DNA from: Minisyncoccota bacterium
Lineage (GTDB): Bacteria > Patescibacteriota > Minisyncoccia > Phycocordibacterales > JAACPR01
Length of the DNA stretch: 20,374 nucleotides
Assembly (NCBI GenBank): GCA_032117135.1
Contig: JAULZV010000047.1
Location: 1-20,374, forward strand
Direction of reading: 5' to 3'
Of the stretch, positions 7,031 to 15,139 are shown piece after piece. Each line of letters begins with the position of its first letter. The first letter of the stretch is position 1. Below the pieces are notes generated by a model. That model was not told the origin of the DNA. It worked only from the letters and a program-made list of their open reading frames with translations, and searched no databases. The position numbers and the translations under genes are program-made.

Positions 7031-7840
7031 TCAAGTATTTGAAGGAGGTGAAAGTTGGTTGATAAGAGTTTTGATTGGCATAAAGACAGTCTTATCCTCA
7101 ATGTTTGCAACTCTAATACCGATAATTGAACCCGACAAGTTGAGGAGCACGCTCCCTGTCAAAACATTAAGAGGGTCTACTGAGGTAGTTATTGAAGACA
7201 AGGACTCACCTGTCTTATTAAGACTTGTAATCTCTCCAGTAGAAATACTTGTCTGAGTCGCTCCTGAAAGAGAGATGACACTTTGTGCAAGCCTGAGCGA
7301 ATCAGAAGACCCAAATGTTGCAGGAGTAAAATCCTTTGGATTATCCCCTTCAATACTCAATACCAAAAAGTCTGCAGTATCTGCGCCTCCAACAAATGAG
7401 ACAGGGAATGTGCGACTACCGTATGAAGCTCGATATACAGTCCTCTTGTCTACACGCCTTCGATCCACAACAATATCACCCGCTTGATTAAGTATTACTC
7501 CAAGAGTCACAAAATCCGCTGAGCTATTATTAGTTGTGAGTCGTACGATACTTTGTTCATTTTGAGCAACCGCATTGATAGATTGTTCTTCTTGATTAAC
7601 AACAACAGTCACCACTTCTTTTTTAGGCTGTGATGGTGGAGTATCTGTGATAATATTTTTGATATCTTCAACGGGTTGATTAGCAATTTCAATGGTTCGC
7701 TCGATCACACGATTGATTGTAGTAGTCACAGGTTCTGGGCTTTGTTGCATCAACGATACGACAACAATACCTGTTGCAATTGCAGTAATAAAACTTACAA
7801 GAAGACAAAGAAGAATAATCTGTTGGGTGTTTAAGATCAT
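7031..7840 (-). CDS. Membrane-anchored HtrA/DegP-like trypsin-fold protein with no PDZ domain. The catalytic His appears to be replaced.
   Basis: N-terminal TM helix. By-eye alignment to the DegP protease core matches DIVVDRRRV against yvVTNNHVV, ADTADFLVLSI against DIALIQI (Asp retained), and LTGSVLLNLSGSIIGI against GNSGGALVNLNGELIGI (Ser retained). Confidence 0.5.
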   Translation of the reverse strand: MILNTQQIILLCLLVSFITAIATGIVVVSLMQQSPEPVTTTINRVIERTIEIANQPVEDIKNIITDTPPSQPKKEVVTVVVNQEEQSINAVAQNEQSIVRLTTNNSSADFVTLGVILNQAGDIVVDRRRVDKRTVYRASYGSRTFPVSFVGGADTADFLVLSIEGDNPKDFTPATFGSSDSLRLAQSVISLSGATQTSISTGEITSLNKTGESLSSITTSVDPLNVLTGSVLLNLSGSIIGIRVANIEDKTVFMPIKTLINQLSPPSNT

Positions 7841-7867
7841 GAAAGTATTGTAGCGTATTTTGAGAAG

Positions 7868-9079
7868 CTATACCAATTTTTGACGACGACACACTTGAGC
7901 AAGGATTTTGATGGCTCGTGAGATGTCTCGTGGACGTGTCGTGCGACCAAATGAAAATCTAAGGGATGAACGTGCACACCCTGCTCTTCCCATCGCTTGA
8001 AGTACCCGCGACACGAGAATATCCTTGTTACTTGCACATGCGGTCATCGATGCGCAGTTAACACCCAACTCATCCATTTGTATCACCGCAAAATCCGCAT
8101 CAAGACCTGCAATACATACATTCAAAATAGTAGGCACCGCATCTTCGACCGTTCCATTAATTTCAAATTGAATACCTTCTAATTCAAGTGCTCTGAGACA
8201 TAACTGTTTTAACCGAGCAAACTTTTGAGTATCTCGTTCAGTATATTTTTGAACGAGCATAAGCGCAGTATCAAGAGCTGCACAGTGTGCAGGATTTTCG
8301 GTACCAGGACGAAGACCTGATTCTTGTCCACCTCCATACATCAATGGGACAAGTGTGACGTATTGTTTTTTAATAAGAAGTCCCGTCATCTTGGGAGCAT
8401 AGATTTTTGATCCATCAATCGTAATCATATCTGCTCCAACCTTAGAAAGGAGTGCACCGTGAGTTACCACAGCCTGACTCGCATCAGTATGAAGATATGG
8501 AAATTGTCCAAATGTTCTTTTGGTTCGATTTTTGAATTTTTTGATGATGCTCGAAATTTTGTGAAGAGGTTGAAGTACACCCGTCTCATTAGAAACTGCA
8601 ATAATTGACACCAAAACTGTTTGATCTCGTATCTTTTTTTCTAATTCTTGAACATCTACTATTCCCTTTTTTGATACGGGAATAATTTCTACTTCTATGC
8701 CCATATATTCAAGGTGTGCAATACATTCACTTACCGCAGGATGCTCAATTGAAGAAAACAACATGTGCGGAACAAAATCACATTCACGAAGAGCCCGCTG
8801 AGCAAGACCGAGGATTGCAAGATTTGCAGACTCAGTTCCTCCTTGCGTAAAGATCACTTCATTTTCACGACAGTGAAAAAAACGAGCAATCGAACTTCGT
8901 CTGGCTTTGATTTCTTTTTTTATATCTTGAGCATCACAATAACTCGAAGATGGATTAAAAAAACGATCCTGTAGATATGGTTTCATTGCCCGAAAAACAA
9001 TCGGATCAACCGGAGTGGTCGACGCATAATCGAGGTGAATGTTTTTTCTGTTGATAAGATTATTTAAAAATGAGTTCAT
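7868..9079 (-). CDS. Cysteine desulfurase (NifS/IscS family, class V aminotransferase)
   Basis: 403 aa. The PLP-lysine region DGSKIYAPK matches SGHKIYGPK. Other matches include HTDASQA, SGLRPGTENP and a C-terminal GRAGCARSSLRFSFG. Confidence 0.8.
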   Translation of the reverse strand: MNSFLNNLINRKNIHLDYASTTPVDPIVFRAMKPYLQDRFFNPSSSYCDAQDIKKEIKARRSSIARFFHCRENEVIFTQGGTESANLAILGLAQRALRECDFVPHMLFSSIEHPAVSECIAHLEYMGIEVEIIPVSKKGIVDVQELEKKIRDQTVLVSIIAVSNETGVLQPLHKISSIIKKFKNRTKRTFGQFPYLHTDASQAVVTHGALLSKVGADMITIDGSKIYAPKMTGLLIKKQYVTLVPLMYGGGQESGLRPGTENPAHCAALDTALMLVQKYTERDTQKFARLKQLCLRALELEGIQFEINGTVEDAVPTILNVCIAGLDADFAVIQMDELGVNCASMTACASNKDILVSRVLQAMGRAGCARSSLRFSFGRTTRPRDISRAIKILAQVCRRQKLV

Positions 9080-9097
9080 ACTGTATAATCATGTATT

Positions 9098-9577
9098 ATG
9101 TTTGGAGTATTTGAACAAAATGTCATTCTTTTTGCAATAGCATCAGTACTTATCTTACTACTGAGTGGCTGGATTTCCTATCTTCATTTTAGATTTAATC
9201 GCCTCGTCAAATCAATACACAAGGACAATATTGAGTCTGCTCTTGTTCAGATATACGCTTTTATGGAAAAGAATCACGCCCAAAATCAACAAATCAGTCA
9301 CGAACTTAAAGTACTTGGACGCAAAATCCATTCATCACCTCGAGGGCTCGGTATTGTATTATTCAAAGCCTTTGACGGAGTCAAATCAGGTGGAAGCAAC
9401 AGTTTTGCTCTTGCTCTTATTAACGAAAAAGGTGATGGCGCAATCCTGTCGACCCTACATTCTCGAGAGCGAGTTAATGTGTATTCAAAGATAATTTCAG
9501 GCTTCACTTCCCCTGTCATGTTAACCGAAGAAGAACAAGACGCATTGACAAAAGCTCAAAATTCTTTAAGTTTGTAA
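9098..9577 (+). CDS. Small membrane-anchored protein resembling the DUF4446 family
   Basis: N-terminal TM helix. The segment LFKAFDGVKSGGSNSFALALINEKGDGAILSTLHSRERV matches my recollection of DUF4446 (xNAFxDMGGxLSFSLALLDxxGDGvVL). The start is divergent from csd, with a TATAAT box at 9084-9089 just upstream. Confidence 0.45.
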   Translation: MFGVFEQNVILFAIASVLILLLSGWISYLHFRFNRLVKSIHKDNIESALVQIYAFMEKNHAQNQQISHELKVLGRKIHSSPRGLGIVLFKAFDGVKSGGSNSFALALINEKGDGAILSTLHSRERVNVYSKIISGFTSPVMLTEEEQDALTKAQNSLSL

Positions 9578-9596
9578 TATAACACCCAATATTTCT

Positions 9597-11105
9597 ATGT
9601 CTCATCCTTCTCAAACACAAGAAGCACTATTAGCTCGCCCTCCCGTTGTTGCCATTATGGGACATATTGATCATGGTAAATCAACTCTTCTTGATTATAT
9701 TCGCAAGAGTAATGTCGTAGCCAAAGAAGCAGGTGGTATTACGCAACATATGGGTGCATACGAAGTTATACATCAACAAGGAGGTGAATCTAAGAGAATT
9801 ACGTTTCTCGACACTCCTGGGCACGAAGCTTTTTGTAGTGTACGCGAAAGAGGTGCCAAAATCGCCGATATTGCCATTTTGATTGTCTCAGCTGAAGACG
9901 GGGTTAAGCCACAAACTCTTGAAGCCCTTAATTGTATCAAAGAAGCAGGTCTTCCATTTGTTGTAGCAATCAACAAAATTGATTCACCCAAAGCAAACAT
10001 AGATGTAACCAAAGCTTCTCTCATGGAACACGAAGTCTATCTTGAAGGTATGGGTGGAACTATTTCGTACGCCGAAATTTCTGCCTTGACGGGTAAAGGT
10101 GTGGATACATTATTAGATACTATTCTTCTTACAGCCGAAATCGAAGACTTTAAAGCAAATCCTAGTGCTCAAGGATCAGGTTTTGTAGTAGAAGCTAACA
10201 AAGATAAGTTCAAAGGTGTTACCGCAACTCTCATTCTCAAAAACGGAACTGCTCGCATAGGAGAATTTGTAGTGACACGAGATACATTCTCTCCTATTCG
10301 CTCTATTATTGATCAAAATAACAAACCACTCAAAACAGTTTCTTTTTCTTCTCCCTTTACCATTTCTGGTTTTGATAGTCTTCCTGCAGCGGGCGAAACA
10401 TTTGAAGTTGTCCAAACCAAAAAAGAAGCCGAGGAGTATATTGCAAGTCACGCTTCAATCATCAAAGATTCTGAAGTTTCAGTACAAAAAGACAAGGACT
10501 CGATATTTTTGCCTATTATCATCAAATCAGATGTAGTAGGAAGTAAAGAAGCAATCGAATACGAACTTCGCAAAATCTCTATCAACCATGTCATTATCAA
10601 GGTTATCAGATCCGAGACCGGTGAAGTTTCGGAAGCAGATGCCAAACTTGCGCTCACCAATCCTCGAACAGTCATTATCACGTTTAATGCAAAAATAGAT
10701 TCGCAGGCCCGAAGCATTATCGAACGCAATGCAATCCAAGCACGTAACTTTTCGATTATTTATGACATCCCTGCGTGGATTAACGAGATTGCAACAAGTG
10801 TACAACCTAAAGTAGAAAAACTTGAAGTTGTTGCAGAAGTTAAGATTCTTAAAATTTTTGGAACTGCCAAAAAACTACAAATTGTTGGTGCGAAAGTAAG
10901 ACAAGGATTGGTCGAAAAAAGTCTGAAATTCAAAATTATGCGACGCAGTGAAGAAATTGGAATGGGATCTTTTAAGGGACTCCAGAGACAAAAGCAAGAA
11001 GTATCGTCCGTCGGCGAACCAGAGGAATTTGGATGTGCAATTGATTCAAAAATCGAACTCGCAGAAAATGACATCCTTCATGTTATTAAACTAGTTCAAA
11101 TATAA
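9597..11105 (+). CDS. infB: Translation initiation factor IF-2, minimal form with no N-terminal extension
   Basis: The GTPase motifs GHIDHGKST, DTPGHEAF and NKID begin at residue 20. The C-terminal beta-barrel and C2 domains are present. It is directly followed by rbfA. Confidence 0.9.
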   Translation: MSHPSQTQEALLARPPVVAIMGHIDHGKSTLLDYIRKSNVVAKEAGGITQHMGAYEVIHQQGGESKRITFLDTPGHEAFCSVRERGAKIADIAILIVSAEDGVKPQTLEALNCIKEAGLPFVVAINKIDSPKANIDVTKASLMEHEVYLEGMGGTISYAEISALTGKGVDTLLDTILLTAEIEDFKANPSAQGSGFVVEANKDKFKGVTATLILKNGTARIGEFVVTRDTFSPIRSIIDQNNKPLKTVSFSSPFTISGFDSLPAAGETFEVVQTKKEAEEYIASHASIIKDSEVSVQKDKDSIFLPIIIKSDVVGSKEAIEYELRKISINHVIIKVIRSETGEVSEADAKLALTNPRTVIITFNAKIDSQARSIIERNAIQARNFSIIYDIPAWINEIATSVQPKVEKLEVVAEVKILKIFGTAKKLQIVGAKVRQGLVEKSLKFKIMRRSEEIGMGSFKGLQRQKQEVSSVGEPEEFGCAIDSKIELAENDILHVIKLVQI

Positions 11106-11106
11106 T

Positions 11107-11451
11107 ATGCAAGATTTTAGACAAGAAAAAACAGAGCAACTCGTACAAAAACTTGCCGGTGAGTTCATCGAACGAGAATCAAATCGAAATTCTTTGATTA
11201 CTGTTACTCGTGTATATATTCCAAGTGACCTCAAACGAGCAACTATTCTTTTTACCGTTTTACCTGAAGGACAAGAGACTAACGCCCTTAATTTTCTCAA
11301 GCGAATGCGAAGCGAATTTAAAGAATATTTCAAAAAGCATGCCAAGATTGGTCGCATTCCTTTCTTTGATTTTGAAATTGATAAAGGCGAAAAAATGGCA
11401 CAAAGAATCAGAGAATTATCTGAAGATACTGAAGATCAAAAATCTCAATAA
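11107..11451 (+). CDS. rbfA: Ribosome-binding factor A
   Basis: 114 aa. It shows the RbfA pattern (R..R....L.....I....SNRNSLITVTRVYIPSDLKRATILFTV) and the conserved infB-rbfA synteny. Confidence 0.8.
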   Translation: MQDFRQEKTEQLVQKLAGEFIERESNRNSLITVTRVYIPSDLKRATILFTVLPEGQETNALNFLKRMRSEFKEYFKKHAKIGRIPFFDFEIDKGEKMAQRIRELSEDTEDQKSQ

Positions 11452-11452
11452 T

Positions 11453-11473
11453 AGTAAAGTGTTTACTTTTTAT
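11453..11473 (+). terminator. Weak AT-rich hairpin plus T-tract after rbfA
   Basis: agtaaa, a gtg loop, tttact, then ttttat. The stem is only 6 bp. Confidence 0.25.
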
Positions 11474-11490
11474 AGAGCACGTATCAATTG

Positions 11491-11562
11491 AGGCGTGGGC
11501 GGGAATCGAACCCGCGCATGGAGGATTTGCAATCCACAGCGTTACCACTTCGCCACCACGCC
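11491..11562 (-). tRNA. tRNA-Cys (anticodon GCA), no encoded CCA, discriminator U73
   Basis: The reverse complement reads ggcgtgg-tg-gcg..cgc-t-gtgga-ttGCAaa-tcctc-...-gcggg-ttcgatt-cccgc-ccacgcc-t. The acceptor stem is perfect. There is one mismatch in the anticodon stem. Confidence 0.8.
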
Positions 11563-11635
11563 TTTGGTTCGTGTACTATATCATTTTATTTCTCAAGAGA
11601 AAACTCCTTAGATCCCCTACGCCCTTACCATATCC

Positions 11636-11663
11636 TTGGAAAATAAAATTTTTCTGATATGAT
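11636..11663 (+). promoter_or_regulatory. Candidate promoter TTGGAA-N16-TATGAT driving tRNA-Leu(TAG)
   Basis: ttggaa at 11636-11641 and tatgat at 11658-11663. The tRNA 5' end lies at 11674. Confidence 0.35.
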
Positions 11664-11673
11664 GTCTTCACAT

Positions 11674-11755
11674 GCCGAGGTGGCGAAATTGGTATACGCA
11701 CTTGCCTTAGGAGCAAGCGGGGTGACCCATGGAGGTTCAAGTCCTCTCCTCGGCA
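11674..11755 (+). tRNA. tRNA-Leu (anticodon TAG), type II
   Basis: Acceptor stem gccgagg pairs with cctcggc. Anticodon stem cttgc/gcaag closes the loop ctTAGga. It has a 13-nt variable arm and TpsiC loop ttcaagt. No CCA is encoded. Confidence 0.85.
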
Positions 11756-11810
11756 CATTGCACAGTTCGACACATTCTCATGTATGTCTAGCTTTGTACC
11801 CATTTTTCTT

Positions 11811-11839
11811 TTGAAATTTGGTATGAGGTTTGATACTAT
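11811..11839 (+). promoter_or_regulatory. Candidate promoter TTGAAA-N17-TACTAT driving tRNA-Leu(TAA)
   Basis: ttgaaa at 11811-11816, a 17-nt spacer, tactat at 11834-11839. The tRNA starts at 11850. Confidence 0.45.
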
Positions 11840-11849
11840 GAGTACACTT

Positions 11850-11931
11850 GCTCGGGTGGCGGAATTGGTATACGCGCACGACTTAAAATCGTGTTCCATC
11901 TGGAATATGGGTTCGACCCCCATCCCGAGCA
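11850..11931 (+). tRNA. tRNA-Leu (anticodon TAA), type II
   Basis: Acceptor stem gctcggg pairs with cccgagc. Anticodon stem cacga/tcgtg closes the loop ctTAAaa. It has the same architecture as the neighbouring Leu tRNA, with TpsiC loop ttcgacc. Confidence 0.85.
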
Positions 11932-11987
11932 CAGGAGCGTTATCAGTATCACCACACAGCTCCGTACGCGCACATACAGTATCTTAT

Positions 11988-12063
11988 GCACCCATAGCTC
12001 AGTCGGTAGAGCAGTCGCCTCTTAAGCGAACGGTCGTAGGTTCGAATCCTACTGGGTGCACCA
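11988..12063 (+). tRNA. tRNA-Lys (anticodon CTT), CCA encoded
   Basis: Acceptor stem gcaccca pairs with tgggtgc. D stem gctc/gagc. Anticodon loop ctCTTaa. T arm gtagg-ttcgaat-cctac. The 3' end reads a-cca. Confidence 0.85.
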
Positions 12064-12174
12064 CTGATTTATTTTGAGAGTGCGGCTCATATTCTTATGG
12101 ACAGACCCGAATATATAGCCCTATGTATAGCCCTCTATGCATTTTTATTATAGTCTTAATATTCGCCGTTTAGG

Positions 12175-12203
12175 TTGACTTTTTATTGTTTTTGTGTTAA
12201 TAT
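12175..12203 (+). promoter_or_regulatory. Candidate promoter TTGACT-N17-TAATAT for the SPFH-like gene
   Basis: ttgact at 12175-12180 and taatat at 12198-12203. There are 40-plus nt without a Shine-Dalgarno sequence before the ATG at 12251. Confidence 0.45.
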
Positions 12204-12250
12204 AAATAGGTATAGCTCTATTCAATTCAAACCACAACCCCACCCACAAA

Positions 12251-13276
12251 ATGGACCTTAGCAGAACAGATTCGATAGACGGAAGAAGTGTCTTCCAGCA
12301 AATGCTTTATACTGGATTCATCATCTTGATGTGTCTAGCTGTATTTCTCATCACCTCAATGGTGCAATTCACCTTGATTGCATGTGCCGATCTTGACACA
12401 GCTATCGCATTTATACGCAGCTTTTGGTTTTTGATCCTGAGTATTGCTGCAACGGGAACATTCCTTTTTTTGATCAGAAAGGAAATCTGGATTCAAAATA
12501 CAGAAGGAAACACGATGGTTTATGCGATCGACAACTTTATCTCTCATAATTTGACCGAGGAGCAAGGTAATGGAACCAAGTTTATCTTATTCGGTCCTGG
12601 CGCCTCCCTCAAACCATGGTGGATATTACCAGTCGGAACAGTAGAGGTTGAACGAGAACCGACCTTCCCTTACAATAAAACAATAACCGCCCAAGCACAG
12701 GACGGAAATAAGGTTGAGATCAGAGTGAGTTACTCTTGGAGAGCACATGCACCTCGTCTTTCTCTCTATCTTCAAGGAATCAAGGAAGGTGAAAAACAGC
12801 CGGATGAAGCTCTGCAATTTATAGGAGATACACTTGGTCAATTTGTGGAAGAAATATGTGCACAAGCTCAAGTCATTGAGCAAATTCTCACATATCAATC
12901 CGCATTTACCGACAACCTCACAGGAAGATTGAGTCAGTTCGCAAAAAGACAATACGGCATCGAAATTGTAGGTGTCGCGTTTGTTGAATGCGACGAACCT
13001 GCAGCCGTCATCGCTCAACGTAATCAAGAATCGATCAACAAATCTATTCAGAGAACAGCGAGAATATACATGGATGATTTTGGAATGTCAGGAGACGCTG
13101 CAGTAAAAGTTGCGTCTGCTCAAGCTGGCATTGCTGGTATTTCGGTGAACGACAATGTATTCACTCTTAACGTGGGCAACCCTGCCTTACTAGACCTAAT
13201 CAATGGTCTTGATCCAGCAACCAAACAAATCCTAATTCAAGCGTTCGCAAGACTCGGAAACAGAAACAGGAGATAA
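12251..13276 (+). CDS. Membrane protein with a probable SPFH/band-7 (stomatin/prohibitin-like) domain
   Basis: Two N-terminal TM helices. By-eye SPFH-like segments are KTITAQAQDGNKVEIRVSYSWR and YGIEIVGVAFVECDEPAAVIAQRNQESINKSIQRTAR. GC content is higher than in the core genes. Confidence 0.45.
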   Translation: MDLSRTDSIDGRSVFQQMLYTGFIILMCLAVFLITSMVQFTLIACADLDTAIAFIRSFWFLILSIAATGTFLFLIRKEIWIQNTEGNTMVYAIDNFISHNLTEEQGNGTKFILFGPGASLKPWWILPVGTVEVEREPTFPYNKTITAQAQDGNKVEIRVSYSWRAHAPRLSLYLQGIKEGEKQPDEALQFIGDTLGQFVEEICAQAQVIEQILTYQSAFTDNLTGRLSQFAKRQYGIEIVGVAFVECDEPAAVIAQRNQESINKSIQRTARIYMDDFGMSGDAAVKVASAQAGIAGISVNDNVFTLNVGNPALLDLINGLDPATKQILIQAFARLGNRNRR

Positions 13277-13279
13277 GAA

Positions 13280-13828
13280 ATGAAACAAAACGAAAGTGTT
13301 AATAAAGGGATAGGTATCGCCATCATCACTGTCACTGTTCTCCTCATACTCGGAGTCATCCTCTCGCTCACCAGCAAAGGATACTCATCAGACAGTGAGG
13401 ACGAAGTGCCAGCGACAGCCAAAAACCTCCCCGCAAAACTCTACCTCCGGATGGATTCTGAAGGTGGAAAGTTCAAAGTAGGACCAGGAGAGCACACGGT
13501 CAGCTCCAGAAATGGATTGATCGTATGCTTCCGAAGGGTCCTCGTGGAGGATAAAGGAGTGGTTGGAAACACTCTTATCGAGGCGGGCGCTGCCCTCTTC
13601 GGAGAGTCGGTCGGTGCACTTGCTCCAAGAGAGCATACGCACCTCATTGCCTTTGATCCCAAGACTCTTGAAGGCACCTATATTGGTGCTCAAGAGGGTC
13701 GTGAAGGTGTAGAAGGCAAAGTCAAGCTCAGTCCGCACCCAAGCGGATTGGGATATGCGATCGTATTCTACCAAGGATACGGCCCAGGAGCTCCCCGCCA
13801 CGCAAGTGGCACGCTCCTGACATATTAA
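13280..13828 (+). CDS. Hypothetical membrane-anchored protein: one TM helix plus a ~140-aa beta-rich soluble domain. Possibly an NfeD-like partner of the SPFH protein.
   Basis: The TM segment reads IGIAIITVTVLLILGVILSL. It is coupled to the preceding gene by a 3-nt gap. The NfeD idea is inference only. Confidence 0.45.
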   Translation: MKQNESVNKGIGIAIITVTVLLILGVILSLTSKGYSSDSEDEVPATAKNLPAKLYLRMDSEGGKFKVGPGEHTVSSRNGLIVCFRRVLVEDKGVVGNTLIEAGAALFGESVGALAPREHTHLIAFDPKTLEGTYIGAQEGREGVEGKVKLSPHPSGLGYAIVFYQGYGPGAPRHASGTLLTY

Positions 13829-13837
13829 CCTCAAACC

Positions 13838-13875
13838 AATCCCGTTTGCACGCATGCGTGTAGGCGGGATTTTCT
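13838..13875 (+). terminator. Intrinsic terminator after the 13280-13828 gene
   Basis: Stem aatcccg pairs with cgggatt. The loop contains a perfect 12-nt palindrome, cacgcatgcgtg. It is followed by ttttctt. Confidence 0.55.
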
Positions 13876-13895
13876 TATATATGGATGTGATACTA

Positions 13896-13932
13896 CAACT
13901 AAACAAGGGCGACACCTCTGGTGCCGCCCTTG
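13896..13932 (-). terminator. Intrinsic (bidirectional) terminator ending the minus-strand small-protein operon
   Basis: Stem caagggcg pairs with cgcccttg, with inner pairs cacc/ggtg. It is T-rich on both sides, 18 nt past the stop at 13950. Confidence 0.55.
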
Positions 13933-13949
13933 TTTGTCACACTACGGAT

Positions 13950-14216
13950 TTATCTCAAGATCTGAGGAACATCTGACCCCTTGACTCCGAGTGTATTGAG
14001 TAGAATTTCGATAATAGTAAACACAGATATCATAATGAGTAAACCAACTATCCCCCACAACATGTGCTCCTGACCAACTCGACGGACTTCGGGCTTGTCT
14101 GCACCTCTGATGTAATCAAAGATTCCGTAGACAAATATCACAAGCGCGACAGCAAACAAAACTTGAATGATTGGATTGACTATTGCACTTACTGCTTTTT
14201 CGAGCTGATCTTGCAT
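13950..14216 (-). CDS. Small two-helix membrane protein, paralog A of a VirB2/TrbC-like (pilin-like) family
   Basis: 88 aa. Helix 1 reads VLFAVALVIFVYGIFDYIRG. The charged loop reads ADKPEVRRVGQEH. Helix 2 reads MLWGIVGLLIMISVFTIIEILLNTLG. It shares the family motif [LY]M[LI][WY]G[IV][IV].L[FL][VI]M.S[VL][WF] with paralogs B-D. Confidence 0.55.
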   Translation of the reverse strand: MQDQLEKAVSAIVNPIIQVLFAVALVIFVYGIFDYIRGADKPEVRRVGQEHMLWGIVGLLIMISVFTIIEILLNTLGVKGSDVPQILR

Positions 14217-14224
14217 CAGATATA

Positions 14225-14605
14225 TTAGTTAGCTCTATATCCAGCTGATGGAACTGATGGAACTGATGGTGGAAGATTAGTGTTGCGGTTTGTACCAAGA
14301 ATTGTATCACTCAAGATGGCCACAAGACCCCATACGCTTGTCATCACAAACAATGCGATAATCCCCCAAATCATTAATGTTTTTGCGTCATCCTTTTTAT
14401 CACTAAAAAGATATCTCATAATTCCCCACAGGAACGCAAGTAAAGCAAGACCAATCAAAATCGGAATGATTCGAGCAACAAGACCGTCAATTTTGTTGAG
14501 TAATGAAAACAATCCACTTGTATCAACACCCGAGTTTGCAAACACAAAAAACGGAGTCAACAGACCCACGACCGCTACTGAAATTTTACTTAAAACTTTT
14601 TTCAT
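14225..14605 (-). CDS. Paralog B of the same pilin-like family, with a signal peptide
   Basis: 126 aa. Signal peptide MKKVLSKISVAVVGLLTPFFVFA/NSG. Helix 1 IIPILIGLALLAFLWGIMRYLFS. Helix 2 LMIWGIIALFVMTSVWGLVAILSDTILG. Confidence 0.55.
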   Translation of the reverse strand: MKKVLSKISVAVVGLLTPFFVFANSGVDTSGLFSLLNKIDGLVARIIPILIGLALLAFLWGIMRYLFSDKKDDAKTLMIWGIIALFVMTSVWGLVAILSDTILGTNRNTNLPPSVPSVPSAGYRAN

Positions 14606-14633
14606 ATTTTTGTTACTATTTTTAATACTTAGT

Positions 14634-14643
14634 ATTATATCAC
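14634..14643 (-). promoter_or_regulatory. Extended -10 box (TGaTATAAT) in the 118-nt gap between paralogs C and B, suggesting an internal promoter
   Basis: The reverse complement of 14634-14642 reads tgatataat. The ATG of paralog B lies about 29 nt downstream. Confidence 0.4.
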
Positions 14644-14723
14644 TTTATAAAATTTAAACAGAGTTTTGTGTGGATTACCGCAATCAAAAACACACAACAC
14701 TTCCACATAAATTATGTACCACT

Positions 14724-15131
14724 TTAAAATTGAGGAATCCCTACATCAGTATGCCCAATCGTACTCGCAAGAATTGCAACAATCGTCCACACCGACATCA
14801 TAACAAAGAGTCCGATAACACCCCACAACATGAGCTTGCGTCCATCCGAGCGTGCAGTGTCACTTTCTTGACCTTTATACATATATTTCATCATTCCGTA
14901 CAAAAAAACCAACACCGTTAGAGCCACAATTATTGTTACGGCGTACCGACTTCCTTTGAGGATCAGGTCTGCTACAAACTCTTGAAACGTCGCATTGTCA
15001 CGTAACCCATCAGTATTCAACACAGGTTGTGCAGTACTACCAGTTGAAAAATCCCCCGATACATCTTGCGGAATAGTGTCTTGAGCATACACGGGTGGAA
15101 CTATTTTTTGTACTATATACTGTAATATCAT
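14724..15131 (-). CDS. Paralog C of the pilin-like family
   Basis: 135 aa. The N-terminal region is signal-like (IVPPVYA/QD). Helix 1 reads AVTIIVALTVLVFLYGMMKYMYKG. Helix 2 reads LMLWGVIGLFVMMSVWTIVAILASTIG. Confidence 0.55.
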   Translation of the reverse strand: MILQYIVQKIVPPVYAQDTIPQDVSGDFSTGSTAQPVLNTDGLRDNATFQEFVADLILKGSRYAVTIIVALTVLVFLYGMMKYMYKGQESDTARSDGRKLMLWGVIGLFVMMSVWTIVAILASTIGHTDVGIPQF

Positions 15132-15139
15132 ATAAAATA

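Noticed and set aside
11576-12077. ORFs 11576-11932 (-) and 11784-12077 (+)
   Set aside because: They lie entirely over the three plus-strand tRNA genes.
13388-13915. Minus-strand ORFs of 175 aa and 78 aa
   Set aside because: They are antisense to the GC-rich plus-strand gene 13280-13828 and run through its terminator.
14606-14723. Possible hairpin from gttttgtgtgg ... aaaaacacacaac in the C-B intergenic gap
   Set aside because: The two arms are complementary without being reversed (a mirror repeat), so they cannot form a hairpin.
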